A DNA stretch of 63,966 bases, filler included, from Octopus bimaculoides (Eukaryota), in NCBI RefSeq assembly GCF_001194135.2. It is 6 parts of 6 records of this genome, joined end to end, with 100 filler letters (N's around TTAATTAATTAA, not from the genome) between each part and the next. Parts side by side here need not be neighbours in the genome. Positions count along the whole stretch, not along the records: positions 1 to 15,778 come from NC_069000.1; positions 15,879 to 28,181 come from NC_068984.1; 4 more parts are not named here. One strand, written 5' to 3'. The position numbers were made by a program, and so were the translations under genes. The notes below the pieces were generated by a model, which was not told where the DNA came from, ran no database searches, and saw nothing but the letters and a program-made list of their open reading frames with translations. Shown here piece after piece: positions 13,895-25,465 of this stretch (position 1 is the first letter of the stretch; each line of letters begins with the position of its first letter).

Positions 13895-14385
13895 TTCCAC
13901 TTACAAATTGTATTTGTAATGTGCGAATCGGTTGGTTTCTTTCTCTGAAAATCCAAGCTTATCCAGACTGACAGTTAGGCATTTTCTTACAAAACCAAGT
14001 GCACCAATTATTATTGGTATGAATGTAAATTTGTAATCCAGATATAGAAGCTGGGGGTTTCTAAGCAGTTGCCAATAGCTATTTTCTTTCTCTGTGATTT
14101 TCGTAGACATAATCACATCAGCAGAACAGTTGATCTCTGTGATAGTACACGTTTTTTCCTGTCAATCCCAAACAACAATATCCGGCCTGTTATGCGTGAC
14201 AGATGTTTTGATGATTTGATGGGAATGTTCCACCAATATTCCTTGTGCGGATATTTATGTATGTATTCAATAACAGGATTATTCGCTATATTCATTCTAG
14301 AACAGTCTTTTTCTCCGAATTGCGGTCTATATTGTTTTTGCGACAACAACATGTCGCAGAAACTGGTAGTACCTTGATGACATTT
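13895..14385 (-). mobile_element. R4/Dong-like retrotransposon 3' fragment, same family as 49210-49760
   Basis: EYWWNIPIK, KITEKENSYWQLLRN.QLLY.DYKFTFIPIIIGALGFVRKCL. Confidence 0.88.
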
Positions 14386-14579
14386 TTAGGCATGTATATA
14401 TGTATATATGTATGTATGTGCATATGAAATTTTTTATTAACACTCATGGCTCCAGCAGATCATATTTTATTTTGGCCGAAGACTCATCAGACACTGATGA
14501 ATTCTTGGACGAAACAAAATATATTTTGCTGGTCTCATTTTTTATATACATTTTGTTAAACTCATTGATTAATAAATAA

Positions 14580-15012
14580 TCTTTCCTACTCTCGGCACAA
14601 GGCCTGAAATTTTGGGGGAAGGGGCCAGTCGATTAGATCGACCCCAGTACGCAATTGATACTTAATTTATTGACTCCGAAAGGATGAAAGGCAAAGTCGA
14701 CCTCGGAGGAATTTGAACTCAGAACGTAAAGACAGACGAAATATCGTTAAGAATTTCACCCGGCGTGCTAACGTTTCTTATTTCTTTACTGCTCACAAGG
14801 GGCTAAACATAGGGGTGGGGACAAGCAAGGACAGACAAAGGGATTAAGTCGATTACACCGATAGCAGTGCGTAACTGGTACTTAATTTATCGACCCCGAA
14901 AGGATGGAAGGCAAAATCGACCTCGGTGGAATTTGAACTCAGAACGTAATGGCAAACGAAATACTGCTAAGCATTTCGCCCGGCGAGCTAACGTTTCTGC
15001 CAGTTCGCCGTC
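14580..15012 (-). mobile_element. Two tandem copies of tRNA-derived SINE family B
   Basis: cgaccccgaaaggatgaaaggcaaagtcgacctcgg...atttgaactcagaacgta occurs twice. Confidence 0.88.
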
Positions 15013-15254
15013 TTAAATGGTCAATAAATAATACTGGCACTTCCCAATACTTTAAGCTCTCTATTTTATGTGGCCTGTTTCCCTCTGAACAAGTTAACCC
15101 AGACAATGCACACACACACACACACACACACACNNNNNNNNNNNNNNNNNNNNNNNNNNNNNNNNNNNNNNNNNNNNNNNNNNNNNNNNNNNNNNNNNNN
15201 NNNNNNNNNNNNNNNNNNNNNNNNNNNNNNNNNNNNNNNNNNNNNNNNNNNNCA

Positions 15255-15289
<35 letters not shown>

Positions 15290-15530
15290 GCGCGCGCGCG
15301 CGTTTATATGCTCGGGTGAAGGGCCGGTCTTGTCACATTCTGTGCAACGTTGAATCTTCCCCAGAATTAAGACAAGCGCATTCGTGTCTGTTAAGTGCTC
15401 AACCGCTTCCACATTAATGTCTCGAGCAGGCTGTTCCGCTGATCGGTTCAACTGGAACACTCGTCGTCGCAGCCGACGGACTACCAATTATATATACACA
15501 CACATATGTATATACATGGAGAGAGAGTGA

Positions 15531-15563
<33 letters not shown>

Positions 15564-15778
15564 ATATGTATATATATATGTATGTATATATGTATGTATG
15601 TATGTATATATATGTATGTATGTATATATATATGTATGTATATATATATATATGTATGTATGTATGTATATATATATGTATGTATGTATATATATATGTA
15701 TGTATGTATATATATATGTATGTATGTATATATATATGTATGTATGTATATATATATGTATGTATGTATGTATATATA

Positions 15779-15878
15779 NNNNNNNNNNNNNNNNNNNNNN
15801 NNNNNNNNNNNNNNNNNNNNNNTTAATTAATTAANNNNNNNNNNNNNNNNNNNNNNNNNNNNNNNNNNNNNNNNNNNN
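15779..15878. other. Synthetic 100-bp assembly spacer (N44-TTAATTAATTAA-N44)
   Basis: Identical structure at five sites; 12-mer gives stops in all six frames. Confidence 0.95.
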
Positions 15879-16300
15879 GCGGGTGACACGTAAAAGCACC
15901 CACTACACTCTCTGAGTGGTTGGCGTTAGGAAGGGCATCCAGCTGTAGAAACTCTGCCAAATTAGACTGGAGACTGGTGTTGCCATCCGGTTTCACCAGT
16001 CCTCAGTCAAATCGTCCAACCCATGCTAGCATGGAAAGCGGACGTTAAACGATGATGATGATGATGATGATATATAGTAAATCCAAAAAAAACAAGAATA
16101 AGATATTAAAGAGATAGGTAACCAGATTTAAGAAAACCACAAAGGAAAAACTTAAATTTAGGCAGGTATTAATGGGTCTTTGAATCACTTAGAACCAACC
16201 ATTTCTAGTTTCTCCCTCGGACTGGGAGAGTTTCTGTCGAATCATCTTCAATATCTAAACAGTTTGAATAAGAAACCTCTTACTTGAAAGTTATACTTAC

Positions 16301-16456
16301 TGCTCTTTAGTTCTGTTACAACATCATCAGCAAATAGGATTTTGTCCACTGCATAAGGGGCACAGTAACTTTGGTAAAGATCCTTTGCAGTGTTGTGCAG
16401 CTCCTTCAGTTCTTCGTCCGTGAGATCTGGATTCAGAATATGACCACTGAAATCAG
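16301..16456 (-). CDS. SNX14: Sorting nexin-14 exon (RGS domain)
   Basis: tgtttcag|CT GAT...AGC A|gtaagt; DFSGHILNPDLTDEELKELHNTAKDLYQSYCAPYAVDKILFADDVVTELKS vs human [51 protein letters not shown]; 156 bp, phase 1 to 1. Confidence 0.96.
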
Positions 16457-17359
16457 CTGAAACAAATACAAAAGCATAAAGTTAGTCAATGCTTTCAATA
16501 ACGCTATCGATATTATAAACCTCGAGATTGTTCAATTAAATACATCAACAACATCATTCTCATCATCCACTTTTCCATGCAGGCATGTGTTGGACAGGTC
16601 AGCACAGTCCAACACAGTTGTTATTTGGAGTCACTGCTCTTCTAAACATGTCTTACTCATATATTTCTAGTTCCAGCACGGTTTCTAGAGATGGAAGCCT
16701 TTTGTAGTGTCTACTGAATGATTTTGGCATAGCACCAGCACTAGAGGGGTTGTTTTGTCTCTAAACAATCCTAACCAACTTATATTATACCCATTCAATC
16801 AAAGTAACATGATTGAGAAAGAGAACCAAGGATGAAAGATGGGTGGGGAGTGGTGAGGAGAAGAGGGTGGTAAGGTAGAGAGTAATGGAAGAAGGACAAT
16901 GATAGGATGAGGAGTAATGAAAGTGAGAGAAACAGGTGGCGAGCTAGAAGATTGATAGGAGGCAGAGTAATGGAAGAGAGGCAGCAATGAAATAGGAGAG
17001 AATAGAAGCGGCAGAGATAGGAAGGATAGGGAGTAATGGAGGAGGTTGCCATAGTCTTGTGAGCTGCATGGCAACCAGTGGCATGAAAAAAGGACCCAGT
17101 ACATACAGTAAAGTGGTTGATGTTAGGAAGGACATCCAGCTGTAGAAATTAGGCCAAACCAAAACACAATGCAGTTCTTGGACCAATCTGAGCCTCTCCA
17201 ACCCTCCAACCCATGTCAGCATGGAACATGGATATTAAATGAGGATACATAGCATCATCATCATTATTATTTACTGTCCATTTTCTATGCAGGCTCCAAT
17301 TGTCTGTTTTGGCACAAGTCTATGCAGAATATCCTTCCTAATGCCTACCATTTTACATA

Positions 17360-17460
<101 letters not shown>

Positions 17461-17467
17461 TGCTTAC

Positions 17468-17582
17468 CACAAGCCAAGCAGAATTGCAAAACACTAACAG
17501 CAGCTTCAGACTTCATAAATTGCATAAAAGTATACAAGAGTTCAGTTTGAGACATGATGTCAGCGAGTTCAAGATGTAAACA
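17468..17582 (-). CDS. SNX14: Sorting nexin-14 exon (RGS domain start)
   Basis: ttttgcag|TGT...TGT G|gtaagc; CLHLELADIMSQTELLYTFMQFMKSEAAVSVLQFCLAC vs human [38 protein letters not shown]; 115 bp, phase 0 to 1. Confidence 0.96.
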
Positions 17583-17818
17583 CTGCAAAAGAGGAGAAAG
17601 AAATATGTGAAATATTGTAGGTTTACTGTACAGGGTGTCCCAGAAAGAATCTACCGATTATATTTTTTGTAATTAATCATTATATGTAGAAGAGAGAACA
17701 ATCAAACTTCTTAAATTATAATTTGCAACCATTCCATAGTCATTGTTGCAGTGAAACTTTGGGGAAAATGGTAGATGCTTAAGTTTTGAAAAAATATTGA
17801 AACCAAAACAATACTTAC

Positions 17819-17899
17819 TGATGTGTTCTTAACTTGAACATCAGCCAAGTCTGTTAAAAATGGAACCTTTTCTGTTGGAGGTTTTGTAACTATGGGAGG
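17819..17899 (-). CDS. SNX14: Sorting nexin-14 exon (PXA-RGS linker)
   Basis: catttcag|CCT...TCA|gtaagt; PPIVTKPPTEKVPFLTDLADVQVKNTS vs human [28 protein letters not shown]; 81 bp, phase 0 to 0. Confidence 0.92.
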
Positions 17900-17938
17900 C
17901 TGAAATGATAAGTAAAAAAATATATTTCATTGTTTTAA

Positions 17939-18151
17939 CCCTTTCATATATTCTGTTGGAATCCACTGCCTTTATTGCAAGTGATTTTTAAAATAAGGAA
18001 TTTGGTAAAATAACTATCAGTATTAAGATGGGGTTTAGAACATAAAGTAACATGAAATTTTGATGGAAGCTTTTAATTTAGATTACTTTAAAACAGGATG
18101 CTTGTATCCTTGAAAGTAGGGGTGGTCCTGGGTAGGTTGCTATCAAAAGGG
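17939..18151. mobile_element. piggyBac-type MITE
   Basis: TTAA|CCCTTT ... AAAGGG|TTAA; related internal sequence recurs at ~31400-31580. Confidence 0.8.
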
Positions 18152-19299
18152 TTAATAATGATTTATGTCACTTTTATATTTGATAACATTCAATCAGTTA
18201 AAGTTAGAAAAACTATTAAAACTTATCAAATCATATCAACATTTCTTTCTTTCTCACAATTTAATAAAAGCCTTCTCCTCATAACTTTAGATTTCAGGAG
18301 CGCAATCCCTAATTTTTCTAATAATTCCTGTTCCTGGACTTCAGCACTTGCAGATTTTGCTACATATACTTGATTAAAGATCTGCAGAACTTGTAGCAGA
18401 TTGTTTGATTGAAAAAGATACCTTTGGAGGGTAATTTAATTTCAATGAGCCAAAAGTGATGAGTTATAGAAGTCTTTTTAAAAAGGTTTTGGCCCTGCCA
18501 TGGCCTGCTGGCCAAGTACAGGACAGTACTTGGATGGTGCTGTTAAGGTCTGATATATAACCCAGGACAAATCATATACGTCTTCTTTGATTTATCAGCC
18601 CTCTGGAAATTCATCAGTATTTAATGTCCATTGCCAGCTCCGGTCAAACTCTCCATTTTCCATACTGGCCTGGACTGGACAGTTTGACCAGAGCTAGCAA
18701 TGTTGGCAGCTGTACCAGGCTCTATTGTCTGTTATGGCATCGTTTCTACAGCTGAATGCTTTTCCTAATGCCAACCACTTTACAGTGTACAAAGGGTGCC
18801 TTTTATGTGGCACCAGCACCAGCAGGGTCGTCAATGTAAAAAACCAGCTGAATTTTTTCCTTTTTTGTTTAAACTGTTTATTTTACAAGACAAACAATTC
18901 ACTTCATTATTTATTAAATTTGGAGTATAAGAAGAAGAAGCATAGAAAATTAGTAGCCTAATTTTTTTATATTTAAATAAAATTTTAACATTTAGAACTT
19001 TTTAATTTTACATAAATTTCTCTTGATTTTTATTTGTTTACATAATGCAAGTTGATGAATTGTTTCTCCAGTTCTATGTCCTGAAGCAACTCAGCAGTGA
19101 ACAGGGAGTGATTCACATTGAGAGAGAGAGAGAGAGAAGCAAAAGTAAAGAGAAGGGACATAACTCAATGGTTTTAAACAATTTTAAATCTACATCACAT
19201 ACCCAGAGATGGCCACACACTTACAAACGATTAGATTATTTCTGTCCTGTCCTGATGCTATTTTCCCCTCTGCTTCTGTCCTCTCTTTTACCCATCATC

Positions 19300-22040
19300 T
19301 CCTTTTTTCTTCTTCTTCTTCTTCTTCATCTAGTGTTTTAAATCCAAGTTTTGACCCCGTTAACGAGGGTGGCTGGATCTACCACAATGCCATAGCATTT
19401 GGGCATCCTCCTTTTTCAAACCAACCCTCCCAATCTCCTCCTCCACCTGTCCCCTCCACATTTTCCTCAGTCTACCTCGCTTTTGCTGTCCATTCACCTC
19501 AAACTCGAGCACCCACCTCGGAACATGCTCCTCATCCCTCCTCAACCCATGCCCATACCACTGCACTCCATTCGCCATTGCCAACTGTTCCACCGATTCC
19601 TCCAACCCCAGCATCCCCATCAAGTCCTCCTCTTATCAAACAGCTTCACCCCACACATTTCTCTCACCATTGCTCTCTCTCGGTCCTTCTCAAAATTGCC
19701 ATCTCTCTCTCTCTCTCTCAGACACCATGTTTCACTCCCATACAGCATTGCAGTTCTCACACAACTCCTATAGACCTTTCCTTTCCTCTTCAATGAGAAC
19801 CTTTTCCTAGATAATAATGCTCCACGTTCCCTGAACTTCACCCAGCAAAGTCTCGTTCTTGCTGTCACAGCTGCTTCACATTCACTACTTACATCCACCC
19901 TCTCACCATTTCCACCTCGTCACACAACGTTTCCACTGGTTCTGCCAGCCCTCCAGCTCCTTTCTCACATCTTCCACAAACAAACTCTTGCCAGTCTTGG
20001 AGTCACCTTCATTTTTGTACATCCACCATGAATCCATTTTTCACATTTGCCATTACCCTCCTCCCACACACACCACACGGATCCACTAACACTTCTCCTT
20101 CCACCCCACTCACCATCACCTTTGTCTTTCCGAGGTTTACCTTGAAACCCTTGCTTTAAAATGCCTCCTTCCATTTCCAAAACGTCTCCCTCATTCCCTC
20201 CATTGTCTCACTCATCAGAACAAGGTCTTCTGCATACAGTATCTCCATTATCAATCCCTCTCTTGCACTCTCCGTCACCACATCAACCACTATTGCAAAC
20301 AACAACAGCGGTGACAACACAGATCCCTGATGCACACCAACTTTCACCGCAAACTCCTCCGACACCTCTGATCTAACTCTAACTCTGGTCTTTACCCCCC
20401 TCATACAAACTCATCACTGCCCTCACTATTACCCCTATTACACCTCTCTTCCTCAATGCCCACTCAATTATCTCTTCCTTGGAACCCTATCAAATGCCTT
20501 CTCCAGGTCAACTCCTTATCTCAGTCTTCCTCTTGCAATTTCCTTACAAGGAACACTGCATCTATTGTCCCCCATTCCTGGCATAAAACCAAATTGTATC
20601 TTGTCCACATCCACCCCCTTCCAAATTCTCCTCTCCAACACCTTTTCTACTATTGCATGCTCCAATAACTTCACTCCCCTATACACCCCACAACTCATCA
20701 CATCCCCCTTCCCCTTGAAGATCGCTACCACCCCACTTAGTGCCCAATCATCTGGCATTCCTCTTCCGTCCAGCACACCCTGGCAGAGCTCCATCATCAC
20801 AACAATCCCTATCTTCCCACTTGCAGATATTTCCACACTTACTTCTGATGGACCAGCTGCCCTTCCTGTTTTCATTTCCTTCGTTGCCTCCTTCTTCCTT
20901 GCTATTGCATCTCTCACCTCCTCGTTCCACCACCACGTACCTCCTTGATCTCTCCTACCTTTCGTCCTTCCACACACTTCATCAATTGCCTATAGTATCC
21001 CTTCTTTAAAAGACTTCCACAAATCCGGTGCATCAATGCTTACCATCTCCCCAACTCATTCCTCAAACCCTGCTCTTGTTTCTTCTTCCTTCAGTTTCCA
21101 CACCTTTCTCCTCTCAGCCATTCCCTTTCTCACACACTTTTGAACCTTCCTCTTATCCAAGTCAGCAACCACCAAACCTGTGCTGCAACTCACCCTGGTT
21201 TTGTCTTCACATCTATCAGCTACTTACTGTTTTTCCTGCCAACCAACATGAAATCAATCTGTCTCATTCCCTCCTGCACTGAAAGTCACCTTCTTTTTCT
21301 CTGTTTTCCTAAACCCCGTGTTCACCACACACAACTCTTTCTCATCACAAAACTCCAACAGCATCCTTCCTTCCACATTTCTCTCCTCAATTCCATTTCC
21401 CCCATGCACACCCTCAAAGCCCTGGATCCATTTCCCAACATGTCCATTAAAATCACCCATGCCCAAAACCAATTCATTTATCTCATGTAAGTCCCACTCA
21501 TTCACCATTTCATCAAAGAACCACTCTTTCTCAGTGGTCCCTCTTCCACTTTGCAGACCCTAACCCACAAATCACCCTCACCACTTCAAATGCTAACACT
21601 ACTGTCATCACTGTCACTCTTTCTCCTCACCTCCACCACATTCTCACAGATTTCTTCCTTCACCAAAACTCCCACACCTCCAGTCCCCTTACTATTTCCT
21701 GACCACCACAACTTGTACCTTCTTCCCTTGACCTCCATAAATCTTGCATACTGGCTCCTGCACACAGCACACATCCACCCTCCACTTCCTCACTCACCTC
21801 AGTTCCCCTTCTACCCAGACTACCCACATTCCAACTTCCCAACCTCACCCCAAGCTTCTCCTCAGGCTTTCGGCCATCATAAGGCAGGTCATGCTTGCGC
21901 AACCAGGATGAGGGTTTGCACCTTCCTTTTTGAGGTAGGTAGGTGCAGCCCGCCCCAACCTTTGGTTTGGCTGGTGCCCATTCTCCTTTGCTATCATGAG
22001 GCTTTTTTTGGAGCTGGATTTTCTACTCTGCAACCATAAT
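19300..22040 (-). mobile_element. Near full-length decayed RTE-clade LINE (APE endonuclease plus RT) in an SNX14 intron
   Basis: Frameshifted ORF pieces: GSWNVGSL, YKLWWSGN..GVGVLV, GDFNGHVG, WWWNEEV, QFGFMPG, GVHQGSVLSPLL, ILYAEDLVL, MLYGSETW, WYGH..RR; (GAA)n 3' tail near 19305-19330. Confidence 0.93.
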
Positions 22041-22066
22041 GTCTAGAATAGAGAGAATCTACTTAC

Positions 22067-22111
22067 TGGGGTATTGTCCAGGAAAATCAATATCAGATTG
22101 TTCACATTGTC
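22067..22111 (-). CDS. SNX14: Sorting nexin-14 45-bp exon
   Basis: atttttcag|GAC...CCA|gtaagt; DNVNNLILIFLDNTP vs human DTVNHLLIIFIDDSP; phase 0 to 0. Confidence 0.93.
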
Positions 22112-23309
22112 CTGAAAAATAAAATCAATGACAATAACATTACAGTGCAATGTTAAGAAATATAAATATTTTACTGGTTATTGCTACTTACCATCAGCAC
22201 TTTATAATTCTTTCCCATGTAACAAACCATACCCATCACAGTATGCATGTCTACTGTGGGTTTCTCCCCCACAGCAAGACACCTGTTCTTGTCACTTTAT
22301 CATACTGTAACCGCTCAGCATGGGGCATTAAGCCACCTCCCTCAATATTACCCCACATTTAGTAGAAACATCTTGTCCTGCAAGTTACTTGGTGACCGCA
22401 CTAGTAGGGATGCCATGTAAAAAGTATCCAATACATTCTGTAAAGTGATTGGAATTAGGAAGGACATCCAGCCAGAGAAATGATGCCAAAGCAGACGTTG
22501 AAATTTGACACCTTCCCCTGATTCGCCAGCTCCTGTGAAATTGGAAAATGGGCATCAAATGACGATGGTGAGTGGCAGAAGAGTATCTAAGAGAATCTCA
22601 GAGATTGGTAGAGAAAGACAGGGATCAACCACAACTTGTGGCTTACCCTCAGGTTAGAGATCAGATCTAAATGGTTCTAATAGACTGGACTCAGCTAAAG
22701 ATGATTCATGGTGGTAGAGCAACATGAAAATCTACAGATTAATATCAACAGGAATGATATAAGTAATAAAGAACCCAAGCATCAGCTTCAAAAGCTTACA
22801 ACCGAGCAATCTCAAGCTGCCTCATGCTATAACACAGCCTCTTCCTCTTTTCTTCCCATCCATCTTTCCTTCACTGCATCAACTACCAATCACTACCACA
22901 TTCCCTTACAAGCGAACATTATTCCCACTCACACACAGGTGGTGGTGTGTTAGGTCAACCATCCAAGGACCAGGTGATGGTGTTGGGTGTGATGGTGGTG
23001 TTGAACTGGGCAGTGTGTTAGGCCAACCACTCAAATGATAAATGCTGCACATGAAAACAAAAAACAAAATTAAATCATTTATGAAGCAGACACAAACACT
23101 GGTGTGAAAAAGGTCACCAATCCAATTGCTTTGTCCTCTTTTTAAATCAGTTGAGGAATATTTTCGGAAAAACCAATATGGTAATCATGGTGACAACAAG
23201 AAGGGAATGAATTTTTTTACATTGAGTTGAAAATTAAATTTTTCACATGGAATTATTTTTAGAGATGTTGCTACATCAGAAATCTTTCCAATTAGTAGAA
23301 ACCAGACAA

Positions 23310-23473
23310 ATTGGAATTATTTACATTTGACAGATATTTGTCCTCATCTTGTTTGTTGTTAACATAACGTTTCGGCTGATATACCCTCCAGCCTTCATCA
23401 GGTGTCTTGGGGAAATTTCGAACCTGGGTTCTCATTCCTAAGGTATTTTTCAATGTTATTATCATCATTATTA

Positions 23474-23513
<40 letters not shown>

Positions 23514-23799
23514 AGCCACTGCCTGGAATCGAACTTGGAATCTTGGGGTTAGTAGCCTGTGTTCTTAACCACTATGCCATATGCCCCGGCAGTGACCTGA
23601 ATAATAATAATATTAAAAAATACCTTAGGAATGAGAACCCAGGTTCGAAATTTCACCCAAGACACCCGATGAAGGCTGGAGGGTATATCAGTCGAAACAT
23701 TGTGTTAACAACAAACAAGATGAGGACAAATATCTGTCAATTGTAAATAATGTAAATAATTTCTTATCTCTTAAATATAGAACTGTATTGGAATTATTT
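23310..23799. mobile_element. Composite non-autonomous element: tRNA-like head flanked by inverted Penelope-like termini with hammerhead motifs
   Basis: ~140-bp inverted arms (~23320-23460 and ~23610-23762), each with (C)CTGATGAAGGCTG...CAGCCGAAACG; central minus-strand tRNA-like head 23515-23587 (TGGCATAGTGG...AGTTCGATTCC); direct repeat ATTGGAATTATTT at 23310-23322 and 23787-23799. Confidence 0.75.
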
Positions 23800-23833
23800 G
23801 TAGAAAAAAAATCTATTTAAAGCAGAGACTTAC

Positions 23834-23909
23834 TGGATCAGCAAGAACGTCCATACCAACTTGAAGTAAAGAACCAGAAATAACTTCCCGCACCAAGGTA
23901 CATGTGCTT
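23834..23909 (-). CDS. SNX14: Sorting nexin-14 exon (PXA end)
   Basis: atccacag|A AGC...GAT CCA|gtaagt; STCTLVREVISGSLLQVGMDVLADP vs human [25 protein letters not shown]; 76 bp, phase 2 to 0. Confidence 0.95.
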
Positions 23910-24129
23910 CTGTGGATGGGAAATGGAGTTTGGTTAAACAATTGCAGAAGAAGTGACAGACAGACAGACAACAGGAAATAAGACATTATGAGCATCACAC
24001 AATCTGCCTTTCTTTCTGAGAGAAAAGCCCTCGATTACCAACAGAGGAAGGAGCTATCTGAACTTCGCCCAAGCTACTCTTATTCTAGCAGCTACATTCT
24101 CAGAGAATCCATCCCTGCTACAGACTTGG

Positions 24130-24700
24130 TCACCTGTAACGGAAGCTATTAACAACATCTAGTTTTCTCCAATGGCATTTGATGGACTATCTTCCATACA
24201 TTTTTAGTGTTTACTGTATTTGTGCACCTTCCACAAACAAAATCTATCTCCCCTGTTAACCTTCCTCTCATATTGCTGCACCTCTTATGTGTCCGTAGCT
24301 TACGCCGGGCACATCTTATGGAGTTTCTACCTACACATTTTCTACATATCAAGCAGGGCCATCTACCTGAAGGGATTTGTGATTTGTCCACTTTCCTACT
24401 TACCAAGACTTTGGTTTTTGCTAGATTGACTCTAAGGCCTTTTGATTCCAGACCTTGTTTTCACACCTGAAACTTCTTCTCTAGTTCTGGTAGTGATTCA
24501 GCTATTAGAACAAGGACATCAGCATAGAGGAGCTCCCAAGGGCAACCTGCCTTGAATTCATACACCATTCAGTGAGAAATGTCATTTAATGTAACACTCT
24601 ATAGATGTGAGCTACAAATAGGTTCTTGCATTGAAGACATGGGTCTAGGCAGGTCTTTATAATATGCCTTCTGTCTCCAAGCAATCATCAGGCTCAAGGC
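24130..24700 (-). mobile_element. RTE-clade LINE fragment (RT end plus Cys/His finger)
   Basis: ELLYADVLVLIAESLPELEKKFQV*KQGLESKGLRVNLAKTKVLVS...WPCLICRKCVGRNSIRC...HKRC...FVCGRC. Confidence 0.88.
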
Positions 24701-24884
24701 ACATTATAGGAGTCTCCTTAACCACATGCCTCAATGGCAAGAAATTATAAGGAACTCTTATTTTAATACAGTGTACATTAAATGATACACACACACACAT
24801 ATATATATATATCATCATTATCATCGTTTAACGTCTGCTTTCCATGCTAGCATGGGTTGGACGATTTGACTGGGGACTGTTTAG

Positions 24885-24940
<56 letters not shown>

Positions 24941-24959
24941 TATTTATATATATGCCACT

Positions 24960-25280
24960 TTGACTGGCTTCCGTGCCGGTGGCACGTAAAATGCACTATC
25001 CGATCATGGTCGATACCAGCTCCTCTGGCCTGTGCTAGTGGAGCGCTAAAAGCACCATACGAGCCTGATCGTCGCCAGGGTTGCTGACTGGCCCCCATGC
25101 CGGTGACACATAAAATCACCCACTACACTCTCAGAGTGGTTGGCATTAGGAAGGGCATCCAGCTATAGAAACTCTGCCAGATCAGATTGAGTCTGGTGCA
25201 GCTATCTGGCTCACCAGTCCTCAGTCAAACTGTCCAACCCATGCCAGCATGGAAAGTGGACGTTAAACGATGATGATGAA
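24960..25280 (+). mobile_element. Repeat family D (SINE-like, ends in (GAT)n)
   Basis: gtgccggtggcacgtaaaa...gaagggcatccagct.tagaaactctgcc...ccaacccatgccagcatggaaag.ggacgttaaacgatgatgat; also at 15879-16050, 17050-17260, 32100-32460, 33805-33995, 39108-39245. Confidence 0.88.
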
Positions 25281-25308
25281 GGACATAATAGAAAAGCTGT
25301 AAACTTAC

Positions 25309-25465
25309 GGTGAATGTAAAGCGTATGGTTGAATAATAAAAGGAAACAAACTCTCAGTGAGACGGCGCAGATATTCCAATTCCATTTTCCGACTTTGCAT
25401 AGCAACATGTAGTGATGGTCCAAGATAGTTCAAGGTAGCATGCTGTAAGTCAGTTCCAATGGGAA
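25309..25465 (-). CDS. SNX14: Sorting nexin-14 exon (PXA)
   Basis: ttttcag|TT CCC...TCA CC|gtaagt; [51 protein letters not shown] vs human [31 protein letters not shown]; 157 bp, phase 1 to 2. Confidence 0.96.

Noticed and set aside
15823-15834. Recurrent TTAATTAATTAA motif
   Set aside because: Always centred in exact 100-bp N gaps; synthetic spacer, not a biological motif.
16205-16254. Possible next SNX14 exon IEDDSTETLPVRGRN*
   Set aside because: Needs a 46-nt intron, ends in a stop, and does not match the expected RGS continuation.
23515-23587. tRNA gene (Ser-like loop CTACTAA)
   Set aside because: Acceptor and anticodon stems do not pair well; it is a tRNA-derived retroelement head. 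No intact tRNA was seen in the window.
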